This document shows positions 11,807 to 25,014 of a stretch of DNA of 64,000 nt, piece by piece. A model generated the notes under the pieces. The model did not search any database and had not been told where the DNA came from. It was given only the letters and a program-made list of their open reading frames with translations. The position numbers and the translations under genes are program-made. The DNA is from Octopus sinensis (taxonomy: Eukaryota): contig NC_043000.1 of the NCBI RefSeq assembly GCF_006345805.1, forward strand, positions 101,618,001 to 101,682,000, written 5' to 3'. How positions within the stretch are numbered: position 1 is the stretch's first letter; each line of letters starts with the position of its first letter.

Positions 11807-11985
11807 AATGGACATATTGTGCGTGTGTGTGTGTGCATATTTACCCCTTCCCCTTTACATACACACACACACATATATGCATGTGTGCATGTATGCACAT
11901 AAATGTTTACACATATACAAGGAGCGATATATGTGTATCTCTCTCTCTCTATCTATCTATATATATATATATATAAATGGACATA
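11641..11985. repeat. Tandem duplication of a ~171-bp unit containing microsatellites
   Basis: acatattgtg...tttaccccttccccttta...tataaatgg at 11641 and 11812. Confidence 0.9.
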
Positions 11986-11990
11986 CATAC

Positions 11991-12064
<74 letters not shown>

Positions 12065-12397
12065 GCACACAGAGAAATATGTAGAAGATCATGAATCTAT
12101 GCAGTACAATCTTTGTTTATCTAAGCAAGGTATTAAGTCACAGAGCATGCACATAAATTCAACAGGTAATCAGTGCTATGAATTTATGGGAATTAAGCAA
12201 ATGAGCGAAATGGCCCTTGAATGTACCAGATAAAAACACCGAGAATATTTTCTACATGTTACCTCTTTGGGATTACGAATATTTCAGTGATTATTCACTT
12301 CATCTCCTTGTGAACTATGCCATTTCTAACACTATACACACATGCATACATTACATACATACATACATACAAACATATGTACATACGTACATACATA

Positions 12398-12655
12398 CAG
12401 CTCTTGTGCCCTGACTATAAATTCCCATTTGTACCTATTATCATAGGTGCATTATATTATGTACCAACAAATTTCTACAAAAAACTAGAAATACTTTGTT
12501 TCAAGGTGAAGAAACTGATGCGGATTCTTCAGATCCAATCTGTTGGTGACACAGTGAAGATTTGTAAGACATTCCAAATATTCTCCATGTGAGATTCTTA
12601 TGTGAATAGATGCACAAACTTGGGTGTATGCATCGACAGTTCAACTAACACACCA
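12398..12655 (+). mobile_element. 3' fragment of a third RLE-type retrotransposon family
   Basis: QLLCPDYKFPFVPIIIGALYYVP...LQIQSVGDTVKICKTF* matches the VPIIIGALG-type C-terminus of RLE domains; starts right after (TACA)n. Confidence 0.6.
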
Positions 12656-12873
12656 ACTCATGTAAAAGTCCGACGGTCCCTATCTGAAAGTTTTGGTTTT
12701 TTCCTGGAGTTTCATTTTGACGAGGAGGTTTTTCCCTCTTTCTCAAAGGCTGTCATTACTTTCAAGACAGTACTTCTTGATCCACCAAACATTTCGGCTG
12801 TGTTCATTATGCTATCACCTGCCATACGAGCACCAACAATTTGACCTCTTTGAAAGTCCAATAGATCTGTCAT
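12655..12873 (-). mobile_element. Tc1-like transposase N-terminal HTH fragment
   Basis: MTDLLDFQRGQIVGARMAGDSIMNTAEMFGGSRSTVLKVMTAFEKEGKTSSSK*NSRKKPKLSDRDRR. Confidence 0.85.
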
Positions 12874-13154
12874 TTTAATGAATTTTAATTACCTTTTTCT
12901 GATGATATCTGAAAAGAAACAGCAATTTTAGCAAAACATATTAAGCAACACTAATAATGAATTAAAAACATAAAAATATACAAGCTTTTGATGGTTTTAT
13001 AGATATTTCAAAATTATGATGCTATGATGCTAGGTATTTCCATTATTTTGTCCAACCCCTGTATATATAGTGCTGCAATGGCTCCATAACTACCATCTTA
13101 GCTATAACTTTAGAGCCCTAGTAATCCATTACAGCACTTACCTAATTGTTTAGA

Positions 13155-13305
13155 TTACCTGTGAACAATCCACTCACAAGGGTTTGGTCAGCCCAAGGCT
13201 ATAGTAGAAGACACTTGCCCAAGGTACAATGCAATGGGACTGAACCTGGAACCATGTGGTTGGGAAGCAAGGTTCTTACCACAGTCACTCCTGTGCCTAG
13301 ACACA
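13155..13305 (-). mobile_element. tRNA-derived SINE family C, 5' part
   Basis: ccactcacaagg...gacacttgcccaagg...gggactgaacc...accacagtcactcctgtgcct. Confidence 0.75.
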
Positions 13306-15419
13306 GCCAAAGAAAAATTTAAGTATGTATGCATAAATGTATGTTCACGAATAGATGTATGTTTATATGTATATATTGTGTGCATGAGTGTGTGTGTGTG
13401 TGTGCATGCATGCATGTGTACGCACACTTGTGTGTGTGTGTTTTCATTTGATTCCAACTCAGATATAATGAGATTGAGAATCATTAGTCAACCCACAGAT
13501 ATGAAAAACTTTCGTACTTCTAAGAATAAAACAGACAACGATTTAGAAAACATCCAATATGACAATTACAAAATATGCACGCACGCACACACACACACAC
13601 ACGCGCGCACGCACGCACACAATCTCCACAATGAGACACAATCACAGGCACACATATACATGTAAAATTAGCGATCTGGATCAAACAATTTTTGACATGA
13701 ATTAATTCAATGAACTTCTCTGATGTGATATATATCTCTTTTGTGCGGCTAACTGAAATAATTTCTGACTTAACTTTAATCACAAATCCTACATCTCGTC
13801 AGATAACAAACTAACACACAAGAAGTGAAGGAGGAACGAAATGAATGTAAAAGGAGCAGGTTAGAAATGGATGGGGAAGAGAGAGAGAGAGAAAGAGTGG
13901 GAAGAAGTGACTTACACAAAGAAGAGAAAATACTACCTTTGCCAAATAATAATAATCTTTTGACTTAATCTTTTGACTTGAGAAAGAGTTCAAAGTGTTG
14001 GATTGAATGATAGAAAAACGTTGATACCAGTAAGAAAATGTATGTGTGTGTGCATATATGTTAGTGTCATCGAATCTGTTTGCGTGTGTAAGAAATTTCT
14101 CTGTATCTCTCTTTTTCTCTCTCTTGCTATATATGTATGTATGTATATATTTGTGTGTGTGTGTGCATGTGTGTTTGAGTGTATGAATATATATGTATAT
14201 ATACGTGTATATCTGTATCTCTGTGAGTGTGCATGTATATATATATAATATGTGTGTGTGTGTGTAACGCTAACCTCCCACACAGACATATGTTAATACA
14301 GCTTTGCTTCATATATGCATATATATTTATATGTGTGTGCATGTTGTACATGTGCTTCTATGTGTGTGCATGTTTTATATGTGCTTATATGTGTGTATGT
14401 GCATCACATATGTCTGTGTACTGGTCTCTATGAACTTGTATGATTGTGCACACCATTCTGCTATATGTACAGCTATACATGTATGTATGTGTATGCACAT
14501 GTGTGTGTGTGTACATGTGCATGTGTGTGTGTAAGTTGCCACAATATCAATATTTAATTAGTCACAAGCTTAATTAAACCTGAACACTACTAAATATCAA
14601 ACATCCATTTTATTTTTAGTTTTCATTTTCACTGTTAAATATCTCTTACTAAATTCTTTATGAAATTTCTTGGTAGATTACAATAATTCTTAAAAGTTTC
14701 GAGAAAAATTATAGAAAAGAAAAATATCTATTAGTAATGAAGCCAAAAATACAACAAAATGTGTTTAAATATTGTACAAAATGCTTCAGAAGTTAGGATA
14801 AAAATACTTCTTTAAAAATTTTAATTTTAATTGAACAGAAATTTCCTGATCTAGATGATGTTACAGCCGCTGAACAAATGGCACCACAGAATGTAAACAA
14901 TGGTTTGGCATCATGTGTCAGGCAAAAATACTTCTATATTAAATTGAACAAAGATCATGATATTCTATTACTTTATGAAACTCAAATACCATTGAATAAT
15001 TACTGAAATTATTTATATTTTTCTATGCAATCCTTGCATCTATTGTTGATGTTGTGGTTGAATAGATGACATCTGGTTGCCTACATGTCAAAGAGGTAAC
15101 CACATGAAATCAATGCCAGTCAAAAAATTGTCCAAGTTGAAAATTTTGCCTCATTCCATCATTTTTTTTTTCTATTTCTGGTTATAGCCTCTATATTCTG
15201 TTTATTGCTTTCATAATTTTAATTATGAATACCATATTTATTCCTATATAATTGACACTTGTATCCAATGCATACCATTATTTTTGTACAGCAAAATGCT
15301 CACAAAAATATATTTCCTATAATGTGTGTGTGTGTATGTGTGAGAGTGAATGTATGTGTGTTTATTTAAACATAGTTTCTGCAAAAGTTGAGAGCTATTA
15401 GCAGTGTTGTTGTTGTTGT

Positions 15420-16235
15420 TGTCACACCTCCTTTCTGCTGCATGTAAAGCCTTTGACTTGACCATGGGCATAAAGAAAACAGAAGTGCTTCACCAACTTT
15501 GCCCCACTCCTATACAGGTTGACGGCAAGTCATTTACATATCTTGATAGAAATGTGTACTCGAGCACTTCTTTTGATGAAGAAATGGTTAACAGTCTTGT
15601 GAAAGCAACCAATGCTTTTGGCAAGCTCTATCATCACCTGTGGAATGTAGGAGCATTAAACTTGACACCAAAGTACAAATCTATAAAGCTGCTATTCTTA
15701 CTAATCTCTTGTATGACTTGGAATCATGGACACCTTGTAAGTGGCACATTAACCAACTAGATGTCTTTCATAAAGGCTGTCTCAAGGAAATCTACAGGTA
15801 TACACTAAAAGGCAGAGTATCTAAGGTCAACCTATTTAGCAAGTATAAGATTAGTAGAATTAAAAGATTCCTTGTGCAGTTGCAATTTAACTTGGATGGC
15901 CGTGTCATCAGAATGAGTGATAAAAGAATACCCAAAGTCCTCATGTACAACCAGCTTGATAGTAGGCACAGGATTGTTGGTCTACCATGGCTCAGATATA
16001 AGGACAAGCTGAAGAGTAATCTCTCAGCAGTCAATATAGCTCAAGACACCTTCGAGCAAACAGCCTTGGAGCAAACAGAACAGAGACCATTAACAGGCTG
16101 AGGGGTGCAAGGCAAAGGAGAAAAGTGGCTGCAAAGATGCTGCCTGTGCTGACCTGTAATGCTCATGCTTGCAATGTCTGTGAGAATCTTTGTAAATCAT
16201 TAGCAAGATTCAAATGTCACATTCACCATAAGCTT
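15420..16235 (+). mobile_element. 5'-truncated decayed RTE LINE
   Basis: KAFDLTMGIKKTEV, KATNAFGKL, IKLDTKVQIYKAAILTNLLY..ESW, PWLRYKDKLK, terminal CNVCENLCKSL; starts at a (GTT)n run. Confidence 0.85.
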
Positions 16236-16439
16236 TATGACTGACAAAGAAGGTTTAGCTTGTTAGGTCCTCATATGTCGAACCTGACATGAGAGTCCAT
16301 TATTGAGCTTGTTTAACTCTAGTTATGAGTCAGACATAGATCTCTATAAATTTCACTTCCAGCAACTTTTGATTAAAAAATAAATAATTTTGTTTACTGT
16401 TCATAAAAAGCAACCTTTGAATTCAACAATGTTGGCAAT

Positions 16440-16605
16440 ATAAAGGCTGATAGAGCTTGGCACCAGTGACATCACAACTCATTTCTACAACTGAGTGAAC
16501 TAGAGCACTGTGAAGTAAAGTGTCTTGCTCAAGAACACAATACACAGCCCAGTCTGGGAATCAAACTCACTACTTAACACTCTAACCACTGAGCCATGCA
16601 CTATT
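16440..16605 (-). mobile_element. SINE family B fragment
   Basis: gtcttgctcaagaacacaa...gggaatcaaactcac...ctctaaccactgagcca. Confidence 0.65.
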
Positions 16606-17167
16606 AATTGTACAAAATGTATTGTAACAGAATTATGGTAATGAAAAGGCTTAAGATATCAAGGAAGGAAGTATAATATATTTTACCCTTCTTTAAGTGT
16701 CATTTCTCCTCCTCCAGATTTTACAAATGTTTAGAAGATAGAGATTCTCATGCTAGAAGTGGGCAACAAATTTTATCAGTATCAATATTTTCATACTTCT
16801 TCCTGGCCTCATCTCTTAAGTTTCATGCTTAAACACAATGTATCATTTGCCATTTTATAGAGATGTAGCAACAGAATGAAAGAATGCATCCTAAACAAAC
16901 ATTTAGCTCAATGGATTTTTAATATTCTCATAATGATCAAAAATTTCAGCTTTAGAAATTTTATAGTTACCTCTGCATGAAAATAAACGATCTTAATAAT
17001 GATCAATTGTTAAATAAAATATGAAATAATATTGAAATATTGGCAATCTTTTGTCACTATTAATGAAAATATTAGTCATCTATTGCTTCTACAAACAATA
17101 TCTCTATAACAGCACCCTGTGAATTATTATTTCATTGCATTCTTCTTCATTTGTTTTCTGCTTTCAG

Positions 17168-17217
17168 AGAACGATGATTGATTTGTTGCTAAATCTTAGC
17201 TCTGGTGTATGCAACAT
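17168..17217 (+). other. Candidate 50-nt host exon (unverified)
   Basis: long pyrimidine tract ending ttttctgctttcag and a gtaagc donor; only one open frame (RTMIDLLLNLSSGVCN). Confidence 0.25.
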
Positions 17218-18028
17218 GTAAGCTTGTGAATCTATTTACCCTTGGGAAACATCCAAATGTGAAGATATTAAGCTGAGCATTAATTCTAGAACTAAGATAA
17301 TGGTAATTTTTATTAATGATGCTGTTTAGACTCAGGTTAGCTCGAATTAAGCAAAATAGATGATCAGTGGCTTTCCAGATATGACTGTCTCGTCTTTAGT
17401 GGTTTGGGTATTGAATTCATGGTCATAAAATCATGGACCAGGTTAGCATGTGGTGTGCTTGAGCAAAGTGCTTCATTTCATGGCATTCCAGTTTACTCAG
17501 CAAAAAACAAGCTCTGCTCTAGAAGTGCACCAGTTGTCTCACTCGCCTGCCAGTTGTCACTTCCTTGATGTCCAACTGGATCAAGGAAGCTCAGGTATAT
17601 ATTTATAAAACAACACACATATACATGTATATATATATATATATATTTAATTATATATGTGTGTGTATGTGTGTGAGTCTATTTGGCATCATATGCTAAT
17701 TGTAAACATAACCTTTGGAAAAATATTACCAAGCTTGGAAACAAGTGAGGTTTAGTGACAGGAAGAGCATCCACATTTGGCTGTGGAAGTTCTGCTTCAA
17801 CGAATCTCATCTTACCGATGCAAAATAATTTTCCATGCTTGCCGGAATGGTAATGTGGAACATGTAAGTTTTTCATGAATGAAAATAATGTTGTAATAAC
17901 ATAGAAGTGTCACTGGGGAAAAATGCATAAGGACCCCTTCTACTTGAAAAACTTATTATCAAGTGCTCATTAACATACTTGATCTAGTGAGACAATGATG
18001 TTAAATTAATTTGAATTGAATCTTTATA

Positions 18029-18255
18029 TTAACCCTTTAGTTACCAACTCGGCTGAAACCAACTGTGGCTCTGTAGTACAAATGTCTTATTTTCATAAAT
18101 TTTGAATTAAAATCTTCCACCAAACCTTAGTCCTGATTTTTGTTCCCAACACTAGCTTAATGATAACTAAGTTATTTTACTAAATTCTTATATATTTAAA
18201 ATAATTGAAAGAAACACAGAGCATCCCAAAATAAATACAGTAACGAATGTGTTAA
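18029..18255. mobile_element. piggyBac-type MITE (family P2)
   Basis: ttaa-ccctttagttaccaactcggctgaaacc ... gaatgtg-ttaa; homologous to 7538-7770. Confidence 0.7.
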
Positions 18256-18334
18256 AGACTAATTCAAGTCAATGATCTTGAAATTGCTATTAGACCAACC
18301 TTTGCTGTTGAGGTCTAATTAGACCCAAGCATGT

Positions 18335-18660
18335 GAAGACGTATGGCTTAGTGGTTAGTGTATTTGGCTCATGATTACAAGGTTGTGAGTTCTATTCCTG
18401 TCAGACCATTGTATCCCTGAGTGAAATATTTTATTTCGTCTTGCTCCAGTTCACTCAGCTGGCAAAAATGAGTAGTATCTGTAAATTCAAAAGGCCAGCC
18501 TTGTCACATTCTGTGTCATGCTGAATCTCATTGAGAACTACATTAAGGGTACGTGTGCCTGTGAAGTGCTCAGCCACTTGCACATTAATTTCATGAGCAG
18601 GCTGTTCCGTTGATCAGATCAACTGGAACCCTTGTCATCATAACTGACACAGCACCGGTC
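18335..18660 (+). mobile_element. SINE family B variant with longer 3' region
   Basis: gtatggcttagtggttag A box, gagttctattcc, ctccagttcactcagctggcaaaaatgagt core; 3' region matches 56340-56650 on the opposite strand. Confidence 0.7.
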
Positions 18661-19208
18661 AGACTGAAGCACATAGAAACTTGTGAGATCATCGCCATGC
18701 TGCAAAATATCAGATTTAGTCCCTTCCTTAATTTGCGGCATAAAATTTTGGTAATGTTTTTCTGAGGTGTTTTTTTTTTCAGAAATAGAATTATTAGTTT
18801 GGATAAAAATTTGGTATCATTTCAATTAATTAATTAATTAAAATACCTCGTTTTGCAATATCCTGTATGCTAGCACCCTCTTTACCATTATATTTTCATG
18901 CAAATGGTATTATTGTCCCTGTGCTCCACCTCAACATCATCTTTACTTCCAGCAGTCTCAATGAAAACATGCATTTTTAAAATTTTATTTTGTATATGAA
19001 TACAGATATGAAATTTTAAAATCTTAATATACTCCCCAAAGTACAGGAATATTTTGTCTTTATATTTTATTTTATTTTATATTTTTTAAATTTTCATCTT
19101 CATTTTTTTCATTATTTTTTTCTCTTTTCTTCAACTATTTTATTATTTCTTTTCTATTTTTCTAAATGCGAATAAATCTTCCAAGTCAGCTAATTACAAG
19201 TCTTGCTA

Positions 19209-19240
<32 letters not shown>

Positions 19241-20139
19241 CTCTCTCTGCCACCATTCATTTAAATTCTTCAGCAGTTTCTACAATTGTTGAATTTCAAT
19301 TTACTTCTCCTTCTCTCCATCTGTCTCTCTCTTTTGCCTCTTTCTCTCTCTTTCTGCTTCTCTCTCTCTGTCTCTGTCTATTTGCCTGCCTCTCTCATCT
19401 CATGGTACCAATCTGATGAGGCTATTATCTTCATTTAACCTTCACAGAACATCGCCGATACATTCACTTTACAAAGCAATTTTATACATCAATTTTCTTA
19501 ATGGCAGAGTAAAGCTGACAGAAGCTTTGTTAGAATCAGAGCCTAATTAATATCTATTTTTATAGTCATTCTCTTTAAGACCCTTCACTTACCAAGTTGC
19601 TTGAGGTCACAAATTTTCTCTGTTACCCCAAATTACATAGAAATGTCTGTTTTGTTAGAATTGTTTGCTGAACAATACAAACATAGCCAATTCATATGGC
19701 AAATCTATTGTCTCTGATTTTATTATTAGTTTGTTTAGCTTCAGTGTCATCATAGCTTCCTGAATCAAGAATTCCCAACCAATGTTACAGAAATATCATG
19801 CTTAAAGGTTTTACAAGTTATAGCTTTGTAGCGTCAAACAAAGCTGCAGATTTTCTTTAGATGTATACACTTCTCTCAGAAGCCAAGTAAATTAAAAAGA
19901 TGGTCAATGACTATTGTACCAATTCTTCACTAGAAAGAAAAAAAATGTGCTGGTATTTTGTTTGTATAACTACTTGCATATAGACATAACATATTGTTTA
20001 TGTGGGAGTAAAGACACAAACACTGAAAGAAACCAAGTCTTTTTATACACTTCTACACAAACTTTTAATGAGCTTACATACATACACACATACATATATA
20101 CATACATGTATAAAAACATACATGTTTATGTATGTATAG

Positions 20140-20395
20140 TGAAGGCATGTGGCCTTGTGGTTGGGTGTTGTGCTCAATGACTGGTAGATTGTGGGTTCAG
20201 TTCCCTGACTGGGTGGCATGTTGTGTTCTTGAGCAAAGCAACTTCATTTCACGTTGCCCCAATCCCCCTTTCAATTAAAGAAGAATATTAGCATGCTCAC
20301 CTAGCCAGCTAGGTGGCATGAATCAAAGGCTAAATCAGTGCAAAGTGCATTGTGACCAGTGATGTATAACATCTGATAGCTTGGTCAGTCATATA
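20140..20395 (+). mobile_element. tRNA-SINE with family-B head and the tail seen at 51680-51990
   Basis: gtggccttgtggtt A box, gtgttcttgagcaaagca core, gcattgtgaccagtgatgt...ttggtcagtca tail. Confidence 0.65.
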
Positions 20396-20396
20396 G

Positions 20397-20451
<55 letters not shown>

Positions 20452-20455
<4 letters not shown>

Positions 20456-21136
20456 CAATGTTCAAGGAGGGAGAGAAGTCAGATTAGTTTATCATCCTCT
20501 TAGTCTGGCCAATACATATTCAAATTGGGAATACAATCAAATATATACATATATATTTAAGGCGGCGAACTGGCAGAAATGTTAGCACGCTGGGCGAAAT
20601 GCGTAACTGTATTTCGTCTGCCGTTACGTTCTGAGTTCAAATTCCGCCAAGGTTGACTTTGCCTTTCATCCTTTCGGGGTCGATAAATTAAGTACCAGTT
20701 ACGCACTGGGGTCGACGTAATCCATTTGTCTGTCCTTATTTGTCCCCTCTGTGTGTAGCCCCTTGTGGGCAGTAAAGAAATATATATACATATATATTTC
20801 TTATTATAATCCCAAGGTTGAGTGATCACAACATACATACAAAAAATTACATGAGATGAAATAAATTAAAATCATGAGCAGATGAGATGTTTAAAAGATT
20901 TACAATGGTGCATGAATGAAATAAAATTAGATAGAGTAAGATGATTTAAAACTGACAGTTTTAAATCGCTTTACTCTATTTAATTTCATTTCATTTGAGG
21001 ACTACTGTAAATCTTTTAAAGATCTCACCTGCACGTGATTTTAATTTAATTTGTTCTATCAGATGTAATTTTCTGTATATATATATTGTGAGCAGCCATC
21101 CTTGGGATTATAATAAAAAATATATATGTATAGATG

Positions 21137-21167
<31 letters not shown>

Positions 21168-21277
21168 TATATATATATGTATATATATTTGATTGTATTC
21201 CCAATTTGAATATGTATTGGCCAGACAAGGGGGATGATAAACTAATCTATCTTCTGTTCCTCCTTGAACATTGATAT
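20452..21277. repeat. Long foldback palindrome centred at 20955
   Basis: arms pair from atatcaatgttcaagg / ccttgaacattgatat inward to aaaactg-a-cagtttt; left arm interrupted by a SINE. Confidence 0.9.
20559..20780 (+). mobile_element. SINE family A inserted in the left arm of the palindrome
   Basis: ggcggcgaactggcagaa head; flanked by duplicated atatatacatatatattt. Confidence 0.9.
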
Positions 21278-21362
21278 TTGATTAATATATTAAGCCCTTC
21301 TGCGTTATTTTGTGGAAAGTGATACACTCTTTTATTTTTTAATATGTGTGTGTGTGCATGCA

Positions 21363-21394
<32 letters not shown>

Positions 21395-21396
<2 letters not shown>

Positions 21397-21680
21397 GGTG
21401 CAGGCATGGCAGTGTTGAAAGGTTCAGTCCCACTGTGTGGCATCTTGTGAATGGATTTATTAAATGGAAACTGAAAGATGCCTGTCATATGTGTGTATTC
21501 CTTGTGTTTGTCTCTAACCACCACTTGACAACTTGTGTTGGTTTGTTTACTTCTTTGTAACTTAGCAGTTTGGCAAAAAAAAAGCCCAATAGAATAAGTG
21601 CCTAGCTTTGAAAAATACATATAAATTCTGCAATTGATTTGTTTGAGTAAAACCCTTCAAGGTGCAGTCTAATGACTGAT
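21395..21680 (+). mobile_element. SINE family C (degenerate)
   Basis: ggttcagtcccactgtgtggcatc head; gtaacttagcagtttggcaaaa...aataagt 3' part. Confidence 0.7.
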
Positions 21681-22129
21681 GCTAGTAAAAGAATATAAAA
21701 TATACTCAAATCTTTTCTGTTACAGCCAACTGTATTTATACAGAGACACATAAGAGCACACACACACACAGACACACATATGCATGCATACACACACATA
21801 CACACGCATTAATATATATTTATGTGTGTGTATGTGAGTGGGTGTACATATATACATATGCAGGAGTTGTGAACTGTAAAACATAACTGCCACCACTACT
21901 ACATGAAACTGAAAACTGCATAGTTTAATGCATGACAGTAGTAGTTTAATTAGAATGGACATTTAATATTCTATCATTTCATTATATTATATTATTATAA
22001 GATTGTAAATAAAACATGAAAATCGGACAAAGTTGGAATTTCTTTGAGTGATATATTCTTCTATACACAATCATATACACCTGTGTGCGTGTGTGCATAT
22101 ATATATATATAGAGAGAGAGAGAGAAATT

Positions 22130-22165
<36 letters not shown>

Positions 22166-22259
22166 TAGCTATCTTTATACATGTCATGTATATATATGTG
22201 TTTATATAGATATAGATGTATAGATATACATATATATATGTATTGACATCTACAAGTTT

Positions 22260-22410
22260 TTTTCACTCCTTCTCTGTTTATTTTCTCTTATTCCTTTCTG
22301 TTGAAGAGCATAGGCTTGAAACATAAAAGAAGTTTTCATTTTTCCCAAGCGTCAAACTAATTCACTTGCTTGTTTTTCATACACCTCTCTTTGTCTTTTG
22401 TTTTTCTATA
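22260..22410 (+). mobile_element. Short Penelope-associated repeat carrying a decayed minimal hammerhead-like motif
   Basis: ccttt-CTGTTGA-a-gagc-atag-gctt-GAAAC-ata-aaag at ~22293-22329, between (TAGA)n/(TA)n tracts. Confidence 0.45.
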
Positions 22411-22525
22411 AATTTCAGTCATATGTATACATATATATACATACATTATGAATGTATATATGTATAAATGTGTGTGTGTGTATATATATATGTATATATA
22501 TATATATATATATACATATATATAT

Positions 22526-22576
<51 letters not shown>

Positions 22577-22887
22577 TATATATAGATACACACACACACA
22601 CACACGCACATACATATATGGGTACACACACACACATATAATCACCTTTAAATCCTGCATCAAAATAACTTTGCTTCCAGAAATATTCTATATGTCATAA
22701 TTATGCCATGAATGGCAGCAGCAATGGTTCTGTGACAGTTGGATGATTGGTTGTTGATAGATAAGAGAACCATTTAGTTTTCTAAAACTATTTTCGAAGG
22801 GGGAAATCTTCTTCTGTTGTCTTTCTATTTTTGTCAAGTGGAAACATATCCACCATTTATTTATAACTTTGTTCCTTCTCTTTTCCC

Positions 22888-22960
<73 letters not shown>

Positions 22961-23168
22961 CACATTCTCTCTTTGAATATTGTTGCTAATCCTTGTTTTG
23001 ATATACAATATTTAATCCTTGACAAGGAAGACAGTGTGAGGGTGGTGGTGGTGGTGGTGGTTAGCAGGGAGCTTAGGTTGGGGTGAAATGAAGAAGTAAA
23101 AAAAACAATTACAAGAACGAAAAATCCCACCCCCTACTCCTTTTTTACAGCAAAAAAATTAAACAAAA

Positions 23169-23202
<34 letters not shown>

Positions 23203-23448
23203 TAATAATGATAATAATAATAATAAAGCGATAATAAAAATGAATAGTTCTTTGCATGTGTTGTGGTAAATATTGAATCAAGATAAATATTCATGTCATT
23301 CACTTGGTATGTGCATTTGCCCTCCTGTTTAAACTTTGCCATGGTTAAGGCTTCATGTAATCTCTTGATAAACTCTTCTTGGCAATAAATCTCTGTAGAA
23401 ACTCTATACCTTCTTTGGCAGTACTATTGGCAGCGATGATGATGATGT

Positions 23449-23479
<31 letters not shown>

Positions 23480-24064
23480 GGTGGTGGTGATGATGATGGT
23501 GGTGTGCTGGTGGTTGTGGTGCTGGGGAGGATGATGGTGGTAGTAATAGTAGTAGTAGTAATTATGACAACCTGAAGCTTCATGAAATAAATGAAAATAG
23601 TTCTTTGCAGGACTTCTTGCATTCTCCATGAAACATTCTTCAATATATTACATTACAATAATATCTTTTTTCTTTTGCTTCCTTCTTTGCCTTGTAATAT
23701 AACTAGACAGGAAACGATGATAAAAAATGAGAGTTTATAAATAAAATTATTATATTTATCATTCATGGCTTGAGAACTGGGTTTCTCCCATTCTCCTGTC
23801 ACTTTTATTTTTCTTGTTTATTTGCTGTATCTTGAAGAAAAGGCAGTACAAACAACATTGAAGGCTTTCCTACATAAGATTGATGCCACTAATGTTCCTC
23901 GTGAATCTTTGTAAGTCAATACACGTGAGAAAGATATAGACAGAGAAGGGATTTTAAAAGCTGGACATTTAGGGACGGTAGTACTTGGACATCCCTTGCA
24001 CTCTCAACTTGGGGAAGCACCCAGGATGTGACCAACAGTGGGAGTGAGAGAGACACAGAGAGAC

Positions 24065-24108
<44 letters not shown>

Positions 24109-25014
24109 GTATCAGTATGGGGCTGTTATTCCTCTTTAGTTGAATTGACTGGATCAATGTCAATTAAATTGCTTTGCTTAATGGGACACCATAACATCAA
24201 TCTCAGAACTGAGATTGTTAGCCAAACTTCCTAAATACTAGAACACATGCTTTCACAGATGTATATATGTATATATTCTGCAAACAATTTATAACCATCA
24301 TTTTCATGTCTATATGTGGGTGTGCACAATACACACAAACACACACACACATATATATAATCATCATCATCATCATCGTTTAATGTCCACCTTCCATACT
24401 GGCATGTATATACATACATAATGTGCGTGCATTGGTGAACACTTCACACCTACGGAAAGTGGTAAATTTTCTTTATAATAATTCTGTTCTCGCCATATCA
24501 TGTCATAATCTGTCTGTAATTTGTTTCCAAATCTAATAATACACACTCAGAAACAAAGATTAAGTCAGGTTGAAGTAATATTATGTATAGAAATAGCCTC
24601 AAGTGACTATGATTATACTTATGTCAGAGTAAATTATGATGCAATTTTAACAAACCATTAACCTCTTTGTGACTATATTTTTGTAAAACATACTGCTTAA
24701 GTGTTTGAATTAATTCTGAGAAATAATCAGGAATTAGGAAAGATTTTATGGAAGAATTAAGTTGGTGTCTGGAACATGAACTCAACATAAAGTGGCTTGT
24801 ATGAAATTATGATAGAGGAGGTTCATGACATGAATGTGAATGCTTTAAAATAAAAGGGTTTTCTGTTGGAATCAAAAGTTGGGAGCTTATATTGGAAGGG
24901 TCATTATTCATTGGCTGCAATTATCCTAGATTAAAAAAAGAACAGAGTAATGACGGAAATAATTAAAATTTGTTCCATTTTGGTTTGAAATTCTGGCACA
25001 ATCATCACATATCC

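Noticed and set aside
20396-20451. Recurring ataata interruption in (TA)n tracts at several loci
   Set aside because: A single-base slip in a dinucleotide repeat, easily produced by mutation or sequencing error; not evidence of homology.
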